Notes: generated from the letters alone by a model not told the origin. 43,363 nucleotides of DNA from Pseudonocardiales bacterium (GCA_013695005.1 JACDBJ010000307.1:1-43363), one strand, 5' to 3'; positions 27,898 to 39,910 are shown, counted from the stretch's first letter. Made by a program: numbers and translations.

Positions 27898-28563
27898 ATG
27901 TCTGTTGATACCGAGAAGCAGATCAAGGGCATCCTGGGCACCAAGCTCGGGATGACCCAGGTCTTCGACGAGAACAACCGGATCGTGCCGGTGACCGTCG
28001 TGGCGGCCGGCCCGTGCGTGGTCACGCAGATCCGCACGCCGGAGAACGACGGCTACTCCGCGGTGCAGATCGCCTACGGGGCTATCGACCCGCGCAAGGT
28101 GAACAAGCCCAAGACCGGCCACTTCACCAAGGCCGGGATCACCCCGCGGCGCCACCTCGTGGAGCTGCGCACCGCCGACGCCGGCGAGTACGAGGTCGGC
28201 CAGGAGATCACAGCGGAGCTGTTCGCCAGCGGCGCGTTGGTCGACGTGGTCGGTACGAGCAAGGGCAAGGGCACCGCGGGCGTGATGAAGCGGCACGGGT
28301 TCAAGGGCCTATCCGCCAGCCACGGCACTCAGCGCAAGCACCGCTCGCCCGGCTCGATCGGTGCCTGCGCTACCCCCGGCCGGGTGTTCAAGGGCATCAA
28401 GATGCCCGGCCGGATGGGCAACGAGCGGGTGACCGTGCAGAGCCTGACGGTGCACCGGGTCGATGCCGAGGCGGGACTGCTGCTGATCAAGGGCGCGGTA
28501 CCGGGCCGCAAGGGTGGCCTCGTCCTGGTCAAGACGGCGGCGAAGGGCGGTGTGCCGGCATGA
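27898..28563 (+). CDS. rplC: 50S ribosomal protein L3
   Basis: [15 protein letters not shown]; [17 protein letters not shown]; HRSPGSIG. Confidence 0.98.
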   Translation: MSVDTEKQIKGILGTKLGMTQVFDENNRIVPVTVVAAGPCVVTQIRTPENDGYSAVQIAYGAIDPRKVNKPKTGHFTKAGITPRRHLVELRTADAGEYEVGQEITAELFASGALVDVVGTSKGKGTAGVMKRHGFKGLSASHGTQRKHRSPGSIGACATPGRVFKGIKMPGRMGNERVTVQSLTVHRVDAEAGLLLIKGAVPGRKGGLVLVKTAAKGGVPA

Positions 28564-29708
28564 GCACGAAGATCAAGGTCCGCACGCCTGGCGGTGGCAC
28601 CGACGGCAGCGTCGAGCTCCCCGCCGAGGTGTTCGACGTCGCGGCCAACATGCCGCTGATGCACCAGGTCGTGATCGGCCAGCTGGCCGCCGCACGGCAG
28701 GGCACGCACTCCACCAAGACTCGCGGCGACGTCCGCGGCGGTGGCCGTAAGCCCTACCGGCAGAAGGGCACCGGCCGGGCACGTCAGGGCTCGATCCGCT
28801 CGCCGCAGTTCGCCGGCGGCGGTATCGCGCACGGCCCGCATCCCCGCGACTACAGCCAGAAGACGCCGAAGAAGATGAAGGCGGCCGCACTACGCAGCGC
28901 GCTCTCGGACCGGGCCCGCTCCGGCCGGGTACACGTCATCTCCGGAGTGGTCGATGACCAGACGCCGTCCACGAAGTCGGCCCGCACGGTCGTCGCAGCG
29001 CTGACCGATCGGCCGAGGGTGCTCGTGGTGATCAGCCGCGAGGACCAGGTCGCCTGGCTGAGCCTGCGCAACCTGCCCAACGTGCACGTCATCGCGCCCG
29101 ACCAGCTCAACACCTATGACGTCCTGGTCAGCGAGGACGTGGTGTTCACCACCGAGGCGCTGAACGCCTTCCTCGCGATGGCGACGCGTGGGCGGCTCGG
29201 CAGCGACGCCACTGACACCGACGCCCCGACCAAACCGGCGGCCAAGAAAGCCGCACCGCGAGCCGCCAAGCCCGCTGCTGCCAAGGCGGTCAAGGTGGAA
29301 GCGGTCGAGGCCGCCGCCGAGCCGAAGGCCGCCGCGAAGAGCACCACCAAGGCCGCTTCCAAGGCAGCCGCCGCCACGGCCGAGCCCAAGGCAGAGCCGA
29401 AGGCGGCAGAGCCGAAGGCGGCAGAGTCCAAGGCGGCCGCGAAGGCGCCGGCCAAGGCTCGGGTTGCCAAGGCCCCGGCCGAAGGCCCGCACGGCGCAGG
29501 TAGCCACGAGCCGCTGCCCGACGGTGGCGAGCCCGAGGGCTTCCCGATCAAGGGCAACGCGTCCTCGATGCTGTATCACCTGCCCGGCACGTCCGCCTAC
29601 AAGCGGACGGTCGCCGAGGTCTGGTTCGCCACCGAGAAGGACGCGAAGGCCGCCGGCTTCCAGCTGCCGCCGTCGCAGCGTTCAGCGGCGAAGGAGAAGA
29701 AGCAGTGA
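28560..29708 (+). CDS. rplD: 50S ribosomal protein L4, 382 aa, with A/K/P/E-rich linker and extra C-terminal domain
   Basis: L4 core [39 protein letters not shown] ends near 29190; then about 170 aa extra ending in [39 protein letters not shown]. Confidence 0.97.
   Translation: MSTKIKVRTPGGGTDGSVELPAEVFDVAANMPLMHQVVIGQLAAARQGTHSTKTRGDVRGGGRKPYRQKGTGRARQGSIRSPQFAGGGIAHGPHPRDYSQKTPKKMKAAALRSALSDRARSGRVHVISGVVDDQTPSTKSARTVVAALTDRPRVLVVISREDQVAWLSLRNLPNVHVIAPDQLNTYDVLVSEDVVFTTEALNAFLAMATRGRLGSDATDTDAPTKPAAKKAAPRAAKPAAAKAVKVEAVEAAAEPKAAAKSTTKAASKAAAATAEPKAEPKAAEPKAAESKAAAKAPAKARVAKAPAEGPHGAGSHEPLPDGGEPEGFPIKGNASSMLYHLPGTSAYKRTVAEVWFATEKDAKAAGFQLPPSQRSAAKEKKQ
29391..29435 (+). repeat. Three 15-nt tandem units ([15 protein letters not shown]) in the L4 linker
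   Basis: GCAGAGCCGAAGGCG x2 followed by GCAGAGTCCAAGGCG. Confidence 0.8.
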
Positions 29709-30004
29709 TCCCCGATCCGCGTGACGTGCTGATCTCGCCGGTAGTCTCGGAGAAGAGCTACGGCCTGCTCGAGGAGCGCCAGTACACCTTCCTGGTGCAC
29801 CCGGACGCGAACAAGACCCAGATCAAGATCGCCGTCGAGAAGGTGTTCGGGGTCAAGGTCGTCAGCGTCAACACACTCAACCGTCCCGGCAAGCGCAAGC
29901 GCAGCCGGACCGGTTATGGCAAGCGCAAGAACACCAGGCGCGCGATCGTCACGCTCTCCCTGGAGAGCAAGACGATCGACGTGTTCGGCGGACCGGCGAG
30001 CTGA
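29705..30004 (+). CDS. rplW: 50S ribosomal protein L23
   Basis: [10 protein letters not shown]; [26 protein letters not shown]. Confidence 0.98.
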   Translation: MIPDPRDVLISPVVSEKSYGLLEERQYTFLVHPDANKTQIKIAVEKVFGVKVVSVNTLNRPGKRKRSRTGYGKRKNTRRAIVTLSLESKTIDVFGGPAS

Positions 30005-30018
30005 GGAGGCGAGCAAAC

Positions 30019-30849
<831 letters not shown>

Positions 30850-30871
30850 GCGCAGGGGATGAGAGAAGCTA

Positions 30872-31153
30872 ATGCCACGTAGCCTGAAGAAGGGCCCGTT
30901 CGTCGACGATCACCTGCTCAAGAAGGTGGACACGTTGAACGAGTCGGGCAAGAAGAGCGTGATCAAGACCTGGTCGCGCCGGTCGACGATCATCCCGGAC
31001 ATGCTCGGGCACACCATTGCGGTGCACGACGGCCGCAAGCATGTGCCGGTGTTCGTGACCGAGTCGATGGTCGGACACAAGTTGGGCGAGTTCGCCCCGA
31101 CCCGGACCTTCCGCGGCCACATCAAGGACGACCGTAAGGCGCGCCGCAGGTGA
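30872..31153 (+). CDS. rpsS: 30S ribosomal protein S19
   Basis: [12 protein letters not shown]; TWSRRSTI; [14 protein letters not shown]. Confidence 0.99.
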   Translation: MPRSLKKGPFVDDHLLKKVDTLNESGKKSVIKTWSRRSTIIPDMLGHTIAVHDGRKHVPVFVTESMVGHKLGEFAPTRTFRGHIKDDRKARRR

Positions 31154-31182
31154 GCGGCTGAGCTGGCCCAAAACGCCAGACG

Positions 31183-31224
31183 TGGCACGCAGTGCCAACC
31201 ATCCTGAAGGAGCACAGAGGAGGT
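31183..31224 (+). promoter_or_regulatory. Palindrome TGGCAC-GCA-GTGCCA and strong RBS GAGGAGGT of the inserted mini-ORF
   Basis: Palindrome at 31183-31197, CATCCT -10-like hexamer at 31200-05, Shine-Dalgarno at 31217-24. Confidence 0.45.
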
Positions 31225-31233
31225 GCGAAGACC

Positions 31234-31386
31234 ATGACCGTTGAGACCACGACCAACAACGAGACCGAGGCCCGCACCCAGCTGCGGTTCCTCTGGCTGG
31301 AGATCACTGGCAAGTGTCAGCTGGCCTGCGAGCACTGCTACGCAGACAGCAGCGGCCCGACCAGAACGCACGGTTCGCCACGATGA
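31234..31386 (+). pseudogene. 50-aa N-terminal fragment of a radical SAM protein (CxxxCxxC) inserted between rpsS and rplV
   Basis: [50 protein letters not shown]; the WLEITxxCxLxCxHCY motif is typical of radical SAM enzymes; stop overlaps an rplV ATG (ATGA). Confidence 0.8.
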
Positions 31387-31808
31387 CGGAGAAGAGAGTT
31401 CGTATGGAACCGGCCGCGGAAGCGACTCGGGCAATGGCGCGCGCGCGATTCATTAGCATGAGTGCGCGGAAGGTCCGGCGTGTGATCGATGTTGTTCGGG
31501 GGAAACCTGCCCACGAAGCCTTGACGATCCTCAAGTTCTCGCCACACGCGGCGGCGGAGCCCGTCTACAAGGTCCTGGCCAGTGCGATCGCGAACGCTGA
31601 GCACAACTTCGATCTGGACCCGGACACGCTCTGGATCAGCCACATCGTCGCGGACGAGGGCAAGACGTTGCCCCGCATCCGGCCGCGCGCCCAAGGGCGT
31701 GCGTTCCGCATCCGCAAGCGCACAAGTCACATCACCGTCGAGGTGGAATCACGACCCGCCGAAAGACAGCGGGCACGCCGAACAGGGGCGAAGGGAAGGG
31801 CCCGCTGA
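31383..31808 (+). CDS. rplV: 50S ribosomal protein L22, divergent (alternative start 31404)
   Basis: [14 protein letters not shown]; [22 protein letters not shown]; canonical position before rpsC. Confidence 0.95.
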   Translation: MTEKRVRMEPAAEATRAMARARFISMSARKVRRVIDVVRGKPAHEALTILKFSPHAAAEPVYKVLASAIANAEHNFDLDPDTLWISHIVADEGKTLPRIRPRAQGRAFRIRKRTSHITVEVESRPAERQRARRTGAKGRAR

Positions 31809-32752
31809 TGGGTCAGAAGATCAACCCGCACGGCTTCCGGCTGGGTATCACCACCGACTGGAAGTCGCGGTGGTACGCCGACAAGCAGTACGCGGAGTAC
31901 GTCAAGGAGGACGTCGAGATCCGCCGCATGCTCTCCAAGGGCATGGAGCGGGCCGGCATCTCCAAGGTCGAGATCGAGCGCACCCGCGACCGGGTTCGGG
32001 TGGACATCCACACCGCCCGGCCGGGCATCGTCATCGGCCGCCGTGGCGCCGAGGCCGACCGCATCCGCGGCCAGCTGGAGAAGCTGACCGCCAAGCAGGT
32101 GCAGCTCAACATCCTCGAGGTCAAGGGCGCCGAAGCCGACGCCCAGCTCGTGGCTCAGGGCGTCGCCGAGCAGCTGTCCAACCGGGTGGCGTTCCGCCGT
32201 GCCATGCGCAAGGCGATCCAGTCGGCGATGCGCTCGCCAGGCGTCAAGGGCATCCGCGTGCAGTGCTCAGGTCGCCTCGGTGGCGCGGAGATGTCGCGCT
32301 CGGAGTTCTACCGCGAGGGTCGGGTCCCGCTGCACACGCTGCGCGCGGACATCGACTATGGCCTGTTCGAGGCTCGCACCACCTTCGGCCGGATCGGCGT
32401 GAAGGTCTGGATCTACAAGGGCGACGTCGTCGGCGGCAAGCACGAGCGTGACGCCGCCGCGGCGGCCGAGGCTCGGGCTCCGCGCCGTGAGCGTCCGGCC
32501 CGCCGCCGTTCCGGCGCCTCCGGCACCACAGCATCGGGCACCGAGGCCGGTCGCGCCGCCGCCGAGCAGGCTTCCGCTGGTCCTGCGGCGTCAGCGGTCG
32601 CGGTCGCCGAGGCACCGGAGCAGCCAGCACCCGAGACCGCTCCGCCGGCCGTCGAGGCCGCGCCGGAAATCGCTCCGCCTGCTGCTGAAGCTGCGCCGGA
32701 AACCACTCCGCCGGCCCCTGCGGCGGCGGACGAGACGACCGGGGAGGGCTGA
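31808..32752 (+). CDS. rpsC: 30S ribosomal protein S3 with long C-terminal tail
   Basis: [14 protein letters not shown]; [11 protein letters not shown]; SGRLGGAEM; [14 protein letters not shown]. Confidence 0.99.
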   Translation: MGQKINPHGFRLGITTDWKSRWYADKQYAEYVKEDVEIRRMLSKGMERAGISKVEIERTRDRVRVDIHTARPGIVIGRRGAEADRIRGQLEKLTAKQVQLNILEVKGAEADAQLVAQGVAEQLSNRVAFRRAMRKAIQSAMRSPGVKGIRVQCSGRLGGAEMSRSEFYREGRVPLHTLRADIDYGLFEARTTFGRIGVKVWIYKGDVVGGKHERDAAAAAEARAPRRERPARRRSGASGTTASGTEAGRAAAEQASAGPAASAVAVAEAPEQPAPETAPPAVEAAPEIAPPAAEAAPETTPPAPAAADETTGEG

Positions 32753-32754
32753 GG

Positions 32755-33174
32755 ATGCTGGTCCCACGCAAGGTCAAGCACCGCAAGCAGCACCACCCCA
32801 GCCGTCGTGGCACCGCCAAGGGCGGCACCAGGGTGACCTTCGGCGACCTCGGCATCCAGGCGCTGGAGCCGGCCTACGTCACCAACCGGCAGATCGAGGC
32901 CGCCCGTATCGCGATCACCAGGCACATTCGTCGTGGCGGCAAGGTCTGGATCACGATCTTCCCGGACCGGCCGCTGACCAAGAAGCCGGCGGAGACCCGG
33001 ATGGGATCGGGCAAGGGCTCGCCCGAGTTCTGGGTGGCCAACGTCAAGCCAGGTCGGGTGATGTTCGAGATGAGCTACCCGAACGAGGCGGTGGCCCGCG
33101 AGGCGCTGCGCCGCGCGGTGCACAAGCTGCCCATGAAGTGCCGCATCGTGACCCGCGAAATGGGTGAGTTCTGA
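32755..33174 (+). CDS. rplP: 50S ribosomal protein L16
   Basis: [11 protein letters not shown]; [12 protein letters not shown]; [12 protein letters not shown]. Confidence 0.99.
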   Translation: MLVPRKVKHRKQHHPSRRGTAKGGTRVTFGDLGIQALEPAYVTNRQIEAARIAITRHIRRGGKVWITIFPDRPLTKKPAETRMGSGKGSPEFWVANVKPGRVMFEMSYPNEAVAREALRRAVHKLPMKCRIVTREMGEF

Positions 33175-33428
33175 TGGCGACGGGAATCGGGACGACCGCG
33201 TCGGAGCTCCGCGAGCTCACCGACGAGGAGCTGGTGCTGCGGCTGAGGGAGTCCAAGGAGGAGCTGTTCAACCTCCGGTTCCAGATGGCCACCGGTCAGC
33301 TGGACAACAACCGGCGACTGTCCACGGTTCGCCACGACATCGCGCGGATCTACACCGTGATGCGCGAGCGTGAGCTGGGCCTGTCGGTCGCCCCGGATGA
33401 CGACGACGAGGATGAGGGCGCCGCATGA
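33174..33428 (+). CDS. rpmC: 50S ribosomal protein L29
   Basis: [22 protein letters not shown]...DIARIYTV. Confidence 0.98.
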   Translation: MATGIGTTASELRELTDEELVLRLRESKEELFNLRFQMATGQLDNNRRLSTVRHDIARIYTVMRERELGLSVAPDDDDEDEGAA

Positions 33429-33700
33429 GCGACCAGCAAATCACCAAGCCCCGCGGCGAGCGCAAGGTCCGCGAAGGCCTTGTGGTGTCGGACAAGATGG
33501 ACAAGACGATCGTGGTCTCGCTCGAGGACCGGGTGAAGCACCCCCTCTACGGCAAGGTCATCCGGCGGACCAGCAAGGTCAAGGCGCACGACGAGCAGAA
33601 CACCGCAGGCGTCGGCGACCGCGTTCGGTTGATGGAGACCCGCCCGACGTCGGCGACGAAGCGCTGGCGCCTAGTGGAAATTCTCGAGAAGGCCAAGTAG
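33425..33700 (+). CDS. rpsQ: 30S ribosomal protein S17
   Basis: [14 protein letters not shown]; HPLYGK; [14 protein letters not shown]. Confidence 0.98.
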   Translation: MSDQQITKPRGERKVREGLVVSDKMDKTIVVSLEDRVKHPLYGKVIRRTSKVKAHDEQNTAGVGDRVRLMETRPTSATKRWRLVEILEKAK

Positions 33701-33708
33701 GAGCTCAA

Positions 33709-34077
33709 GTGATCCAGCAGGAGTCGCGACTGCGGGTCGCCGACAACACCGGTGCCAAGGAGATCTTGTGCATCCGGGTGCTCGGCGGCTCGGGCCGTCG
33801 CTATGCACGTATCGGCGACATCATCGTCGCGACGGTGAAGGAGGCCATCCCAGCCGCCGGCGTCAAGCGCGGCGACGTGGTGAGGGCCGTGGTGGTGCGC
33901 ACCGCCAAGGAGAAGCGCCGCCCCGACGGCTCCTACATCCGTTTCGACGAGAACGCCGCCGTGCTGATCAAGGATGACGGCGAGCCTCGCGGAACCCGCA
34001 TCTTCGGCCCGGTCGGCCGCGAGCTGCGCGACAAGAGGTTCATGAAGATCATCTCCCTGGCGCCGGAGGTGCTGTGA
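33709..34077 (+). CDS. rplN: 50S ribosomal protein L14
   Basis: GTG start, [17 protein letters not shown]; RFDENAAV; GTRIFGPV; [10 protein letters not shown]. Confidence 0.99.
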   Translation: MIQQESRLRVADNTGAKEILCIRVLGGSGRRYARIGDIIVATVKEAIPAAGVKRGDVVRAVVVRTAKEKRRPDGSYIRFDENAAVLIKDDGEPRGTRIFGPVGRELRDKRFMKIISLAPEVL

Positions 34078-34403
34078 TGACGACGAAGATGAAAATCAAG
34101 AAGGGTGACACCGTGCTGGTGATCGCCGGCAAGGACAAGGGCGCCAAGGGCAAGGTCATCAAGGCCTACCCGGAGCGCAACCGGGTCTTGGTCGAGGGCG
34201 TGAACCGGATCAAGAAGCACACCCGGATCTCCCAGACCCAGCGAGGCGCCCAGACGGGCGGGATCGTGACCCAAGAGGCCGCGATCCACATCTCGAACGT
34301 CATGGTGATCGACTCCGAGGGCAAGCCGACCCGGGTGGGCAAGAAGCAGACCGAGGACGGCAAGCGGGTGCGCATCTCGCGCCGTTCGGGGAAGGAACTC
34401 TGA
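34077..34403 (+). CDS. rplX: 50S ribosomal protein L24
   Basis: [17 protein letters not shown]; EAAIHISNV. Confidence 0.98.
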   Translation: MTTKMKIKKGDTVLVIAGKDKGAKGKVIKAYPERNRVLVEGVNRIKKHTRISQTQRGAQTGGIVTQEAAIHISNVMVIDSEGKPTRVGKKQTEDGKRVRISRRSGKEL

Positions 34404-34984
34404 TGGCCGCCCCTACCACCGACAAGGCGGCCGAGAAGGTCACGCCGCGGCTCAAGGCGCGCTACCGCGAGGAGATCCGCGACGCGCTGCGCGAGCAGTT
34501 CTCCTACGCCAACCCGATGCAGATCCCGACCGTGGTCAAGGTCGCGGTGAACATGGGGGTCGGCGAGGCCGCCCGCGACGCCAAGCTGATCGACGGCGCG
34601 CTGCGCGACCTGGCCACCATCACCGGGCAGAAGCCGCAGGTCCGCCGGGCGACCAAGTCGATCGCGCAGTTCAAGCTGCGCGAGGGCATGGCGATCGGCG
34701 CGAAGGTGACCTTGCGCAACGACCGGATGTGGGAGTTCCTCGACCGGTTGCTGACCATCGCGCTGCCCCGTATCCGCGACTTCCGCGGGCTGGCGCCGTC
34801 GCAGTTCGACGGCAACGGCAACTACACGTTCGGGCTCAACGAGCAGTCGATGTTCCACGAGATCGACCCGGACTCGATCGACCGCCCGCGGGGCATGGAC
34901 ATCACCGTGGTGACCACCGCACCGACAGACGACGAAGGCCGGGCGTTGCTCAAGCAGCTCGGTTTTCCGTTCAGGGAGAGCTGA
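34403..34984 (+). CDS. rplE: 50S ribosomal protein L5
   Basis: NMGVGEA; ITGQKP; [10 protein letters not shown]; [10 protein letters not shown]. Confidence 0.99.
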   Translation: MAAPTTDKAAEKVTPRLKARYREEIRDALREQFSYANPMQIPTVVKVAVNMGVGEAARDAKLIDGALRDLATITGQKPQVRRATKSIAQFKLREGMAIGAKVTLRNDRMWEFLDRLLTIALPRIRDFRGLAPSQFDGNGNYTFGLNEQSMFHEIDPDSIDRPRGMDITVVTTAPTDDEGRALLKQLGFPFRES

Positions 34985-34987
34985 GAC

Positions 34988-35173
34988 ATGGCGAAGAAAG
35001 CGCTGGTCATCAAGGCGGCGCGCAAGCCGAAGTTCAAGGTACGGGCCTACAACCGCTGCCAGCGGTGTGGACGGCCACGTGCGGTGCTGCGCAAGTTCGG
35101 CCTGTGCCGGATCTGCGTGCGCGAGATGGCACACCGGGGCGAGCTGCCCGGTGTGAGCAAGTCAAGCTGGTAA
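34988..35173 (+). CDS. rpsN: 30S ribosomal protein S14, type Z (C+)
   Basis: RCQRCGRP...[20 protein letters not shown]; 61 aa. Confidence 0.98.
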   Translation: MAKKALVIKAARKPKFKVRAYNRCQRCGRPRAVLRKFGLCRICVREMAHRGELPGVSKSSW

Positions 35174-35180
35174 CGAACTT

Positions 35181-35215
35181 CATCGCAGGCCCCACGCTCG
35201 TGGGGAACCGTGGTG
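35181..35215 (+). promoter_or_regulatory. Hairpin before rpsH, candidate S8-binding site
   Basis: CATCGC-A-GG-CCCCAC-GCTC-GTGGGG-AA-CC-GTGGTG; bulged A residues within a long stem adjacent to the rpsH RBS. Confidence 0.55.
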
Positions 35216-35234
35216 GGAAAAGAGACCTCGTCCG

Positions 35235-35633
35235 ATGACGATGACAGACCCGATCGCAGACATGCTCACCCGTCTGCGCAATGCGAACCAGGCCTACCAC
35301 GACGAGGTCCGGATGCCGCACTCCAAGCTCAAGGTCGCGATCGCCGAGATCCTCAGGCGCGAGGGCTACATCTCCTCCTTCGACACCGAAGAGGCCGATG
35401 TGGGCCGCGCGCTGGTGATCGAGCTCAAGTACGGCCGCAACCGCGAGCGCAGCATCGCCGGCCTGCGCCGGGTGTCCAAGCCAGGCCTGCGGGTCTACGC
35501 GAAGTCCACCGGCATTCCCAAGGTGCTGGGCGGCCTCGGCGTGGCGATCATCTCCACGTCCTCGGGCCTGCTGACAGACCGGCAGGCCGCCAAGCAGAAG
35601 GTAGGCGGGGAAGTCCTCGCCTACGTCTGGTGA
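35235..35633 (+). CDS. rpsH: 30S ribosomal protein S8
   Basis: [15 protein letters not shown]; [10 protein letters not shown]; [10 protein letters not shown]; GGEVLAYVW. Confidence 0.99.
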   Translation: MTMTDPIADMLTRLRNANQAYHDEVRMPHSKLKVAIAEILRREGYISSFDTEEADVGRALVIELKYGRNRERSIAGLRRVSKPGLRVYAKSTGIPKVLGGLGVAIISTSSGLLTDRQAAKQKVGGEVLAYVW

Positions 35634-35646
35634 GGGGGCGTCGCTG

Positions 35647-36186
35647 ATGTCACGAATCGGGAGGATGCCGGTCGCGGTGCCGACGGGCGTCGATGTCGCC
35701 ATCGAGGGCCAGACCGTCACGGTGAAGGGCCCGAAGGGCACGCTCTCGCACACCGTGATCGAGCCGATCATTGTGGAGAAGGCCGACGACGGCACGCTCG
35801 CCGTGCGCCGGCCCGATGACGAGCGGCGCAGCCGTGCCATGCACGGGCTGTCCCGCACGCTGATCAACAACCTGGTCGTCGGGGTGACCGAGGGCTACGA
35901 GAAGAAGATGGAGATCCACGGGGTCGGCTACCGCGTCGCGCTCAACGGCTCGACGCTGGAGTTCGCGCTGGGCTACAGCCACCCGGTGGCGGTCACGGCG
36001 CCGGAGGGGATCACGTTCACCGTGGAGAACCCGACCCGGTTCGCGGTGCAGGGCATCGACAAGCAGCTGGTCGGCGAGATCGCCGCGAACATCCGCAAGC
36101 TGCGCAAGCCCGACCCGTACAAGGGCAAGGGCGTGCGCTACGCGGGCGAGGTCGTCCGGCGCAAGGTCGGAAAGGCGGGTAAGTGA
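35647..36186 (+). CDS. rplF: 50S ribosomal protein L6
   Basis: MSRIGRMPV; VKGPKG; GVGYR; [13 protein letters not shown]. Confidence 0.99.
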   Translation: MSRIGRMPVAVPTGVDVAIEGQTVTVKGPKGTLSHTVIEPIIVEKADDGTLAVRRPDDERRSRAMHGLSRTLINNLVVGVTEGYEKKMEIHGVGYRVALNGSTLEFALGYSHPVAVTAPEGITFTVENPTRFAVQGIDKQLVGEIAANIRKLRKPDPYKGKGVRYAGEVVRRKVGKAGK

Positions 36187-36587
36187 TGGCGGAGACACCG
36201 GCAACCACCAAGCGGCGGACGGGCTCGACCGTCGCCGGCCGCAGGCGGGTGGCGCGGGCTCGCCGGCACGCCCGCATCCGCAATAAGGTCAGCGGCACCC
36301 AGCAGCGGCCACGGCTGGTCGTCAACCGCAGCGCGCGGCACCTGGTCGCGCAGCTGGTGGACGACATCGCCGGCCACACGCTGGCCTCGGCCTCCTCGAT
36401 GGAGGCCGACGTGCGCACGCTGGAGGGCGACAAGAAGGCCAAGGCGACCCGCGTCGGTGAGCTGCTGGCCGCGCGCGCGAAGGACGCAGGCGTGACGGCC
36501 GTGGTGTTCGACCGCGGCGGATATGGCTACCACGGGCGGATCGCGGCGCTTGCCGACGCGGCCCGTGCCGGTGGACTGGAATTCTGA
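36186..36587 (+). CDS. rplR: 50S ribosomal protein L18
   Basis: [12 protein letters not shown]; [21 protein letters not shown]. Confidence 0.98.
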   Translation: MAETPATTKRRTGSTVAGRRRVARARRHARIRNKVSGTQQRPRLVVNRSARHLVAQLVDDIAGHTLASASSMEADVRTLEGDKKAKATRVGELLAARAKDAGVTAVVFDRGGYGYHGRIAALADAARAGGLEF

Positions 36588-36626
36588 GGTGAGTAGAACA
36601 ATGATCGTAAACGGAGGAACGGCCTG

Positions 36627-37304
36627 ATGCCCGGACGTGCGCGGCGCGACGGCAGCGGCCCCGGCGGCCCTGGTGGTCCCAGCGGCGGACCCGGCGGCCC
36701 TGGTGGCCCTGGTGGCGAGCGCGGTGGCGGCAGGGATCGTCGCGACGGCGGCGGCCGTGGCGGCGCCCAGGACAAGACCCAGTTCATCGAGCGGCTGGTC
36801 ACCATCAACCGGGTGGCCAAGGTCGTCAAGGGTGGCCGGCGGTTCAGCTTCACCGCTCTGATGATCGTCGGCGACGGCGACGGCATGGTGGGCGTCGGCT
36901 ACGGCAAGGCCAAGGAGGTGCCTGCGGCGATCGCCAAGGGCGTCGAGGAGGCCAAGAAGAACTTCTTCAAGGTCCCGCGCATCGGGGGCACGATCGTGCA
37001 CCGGGTGCAGGGCGAGGCGGCGGCCGGAGTGGTGCTGCTGCGCCCGGCCAGCCCCGGTACCGGCGTCATCGCCGGCGGACCGGTGCGCGCGGTGCTGGAG
37101 TGCGCCGGCATCCACGACGTGCTGTCCAAGTCGCTCGGCAGCTCCAACGCCATCAACATCGTGCACGCGACGGTGGACGCGTTGAAGCAGCTGCAGCGCC
37201 CCGAGGAGGTCGCGGCCCGCCGTGGCCTGCCGCTCGAGGACGTCGCGCCACCCGCGATGCTGCGCGCTCTGGCCGCGGCAGCCGCGGCCAGAGGCGGGGC
37301 GTGA
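36627..37304 (+). CDS. rpsE: 30S ribosomal protein S5 with Gly/Pro-rich N-terminal extension
   Basis: [19 protein letters not shown]; [10 protein letters not shown]; [12 protein letters not shown]. Confidence 0.99.
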   Translation: MPGRARRDGSGPGGPGGPSGGPGGPGGPGGERGGGRDRRDGGGRGGAQDKTQFIERLVTINRVAKVVKGGRRFSFTALMIVGDGDGMVGVGYGKAKEVPAAIAKGVEEAKKNFFKVPRIGGTIVHRVQGEAAAGVVLLRPASPGTGVIAGGPVRAVLECAGIHDVLSKSLGSSNAINIVHATVDALKQLQRPEEVAARRGLPLEDVAPPAMLRALAAAAAARGGA

Positions 37305-37504
37305 GCGCAGTGGCGGCTCAGACAATGCTCAAGGTCACCCAGATCAAGAGCACCATCGGCAGCAAGCAGAACCAGCGCGACACGTTGCGCACGCTGGGGC
37401 TGCGCAAGATCCGGCAGTCCGTCGTGCGGGAGGACAGCCCGCAGCTGCGCGGCATGATTGCCACCGTGCGTCACCTCGTCACGGTGGAGGAGGTCGAGTC
37501 CTGA
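37301..37504 (+). CDS. rpmD: 50S ribosomal protein L30
   Basis: [11 protein letters not shown]...[14 protein letters not shown]...[14 protein letters not shown]; start could be 37310 or 37325. Confidence 0.97.
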   Translation: MSAVAAQTMLKVTQIKSTIGSKQNQRDTLRTLGLRKIRQSVVREDSPQLRGMIATVRHLVTVEEVES

Positions 37505-37950
37505 TGACCATCAAGATCCATCACCTGCGGCCTGCGCCGGGCAGCAAGACCACCAAGCGGCGTGTCGGCCGCGGCGAGGGTGGCAAGGGCGGCAAGACGG
37601 CCGGCCGGGGCACCAAGGGCACCAAGGCCCGCAAGAACGTCCCGGCCCGCTTCGAGGGCGGGCAGATGCCGTTGCACATGCGGCTGCCCAAGCTCAAGGG
37701 GTTCCGCAACCGGTTCCGCGTCGAGTACCAGGTGGTCAACGTCGGCGGCCTGGCACGACTGTTCCCCGACGGCGGCTCGATCGGGCCGGCGGAGCTGGTG
37801 GCTGCGGGCGCGGTGCGCCCGAAGGGCCCGGTCAAGGTGCTGGGCGACGGTGAGCTGGCGGGCGTCGTGCTGACGGTCGCCGCGCACCGGTTCTCCGCCA
37901 CCGCGCGGGAGAAGATCACCGCAGCCGGGGGCACGGTTACCGAGCTGTAA
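37504..37950 (+). CDS. rplO: 50S ribosomal protein L15
   Basis: [20 protein letters not shown]; [14 protein letters not shown]; KVLGDG. Confidence 0.98.
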   Translation: MTIKIHHLRPAPGSKTTKRRVGRGEGGKGGKTAGRGTKGTKARKNVPARFEGGQMPLHMRLPKLKGFRNRFRVEYQVVNVGGLARLFPDGGSIGPAELVAAGAVRPKGPVKVLGDGELAGVVLTVAAHRFSATAREKITAAGGTVTEL

Positions 37951-38027
37951 GGCCCGTCGCCAGCGGCCTTGTTACAGTCGCGGATGCGCCGGGTTGGCTC
38001 CGGTGCCATGTCAGGAGGGATCAGCGA

Positions 38028-39335
<1,308 letters not shown>

Positions 39336-39358
39336 GAGGGTGGGGAGGTCAGTGCAAC

Positions 39359-39910
39359 GTGCGAGTCGTACTCGTAGGTCCGCCAGGCGCGGGCAAGGGC
39401 ACACAGGCGCGGCTGCTTGCCCAACGCCTGGACGTTCCCCATATCTCTACCGGTGAGCTTTTTCGCGCCAACATGGAGGACTGCACGCCGCTCGGGCTCG
39501 AGGCCAAGCGGTACATGGACGCAGGTGAGCTGGTCCCGGACTCGGTGACCGTCGGCATGGTGCGTGAGCGCCTGGCCCGCGACGACGTCGCCAAGGGCTT
39601 CGTCCTTGACGGTTTCCCGCGCACCGTGCCACAGGCGGAGTCGCTGCGTGACCTGCTGGCCGAGGAGAACGAGCAGCTCGACGCGGTGGTGGAGTTCCAG
39701 GTCCCCGAGGACGTCGTCGTGGAGCGCCTGATGGAGCGCGGCCGTGGCGACGACACCGAGGAGGTCATCCGACGCCGCCAGCAGGTGTACTGGGAGGAGA
39801 CCTCCCCGCTGCTGGAGCACTACCGCGACCGGCTGCTCGGGGTCGACGCCGTCGGCCCGGTGGACGAGATCACCACCCGGGTGCTGGACGTGCTGCGCGC
39901 GCGGCTGTGA
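39359..39910 (+). CDS. adk: Adenylate kinase (short-LID form)
   Basis: [11 protein letters not shown]; HISTGELFR; GELVPD; FVLDGFPRT; RGRGDD. Confidence 0.97.
   Translation: MRVVLVGPPGAGKGTQARLLAQRLDVPHISTGELFRANMEDCTPLGLEAKRYMDAGELVPDSVTVGMVRERLARDDVAKGFVLDGFPRTVPQAESLRDLLAEENEQLDAVVEFQVPEDVVVERLMERGRGDDTEEVIRRRQQVYWEETSPLLEHYRDRLLGVDAVGPVDEITTRVLDVLRARL

Noticed and set aside
31183-31197. TGGCAC as a sigma-54 -24 element
   Set aside because: No TTGC -12 element at the right spacing; better explained as half of a palindrome.
31234-31808. A full radical SAM enzyme, or an in-frame radical SAM-L22 fusion
   Set aside because: Radical SAM similarity ends about 12 residues after the Cys motif, and the fragment is in a different frame from L22.
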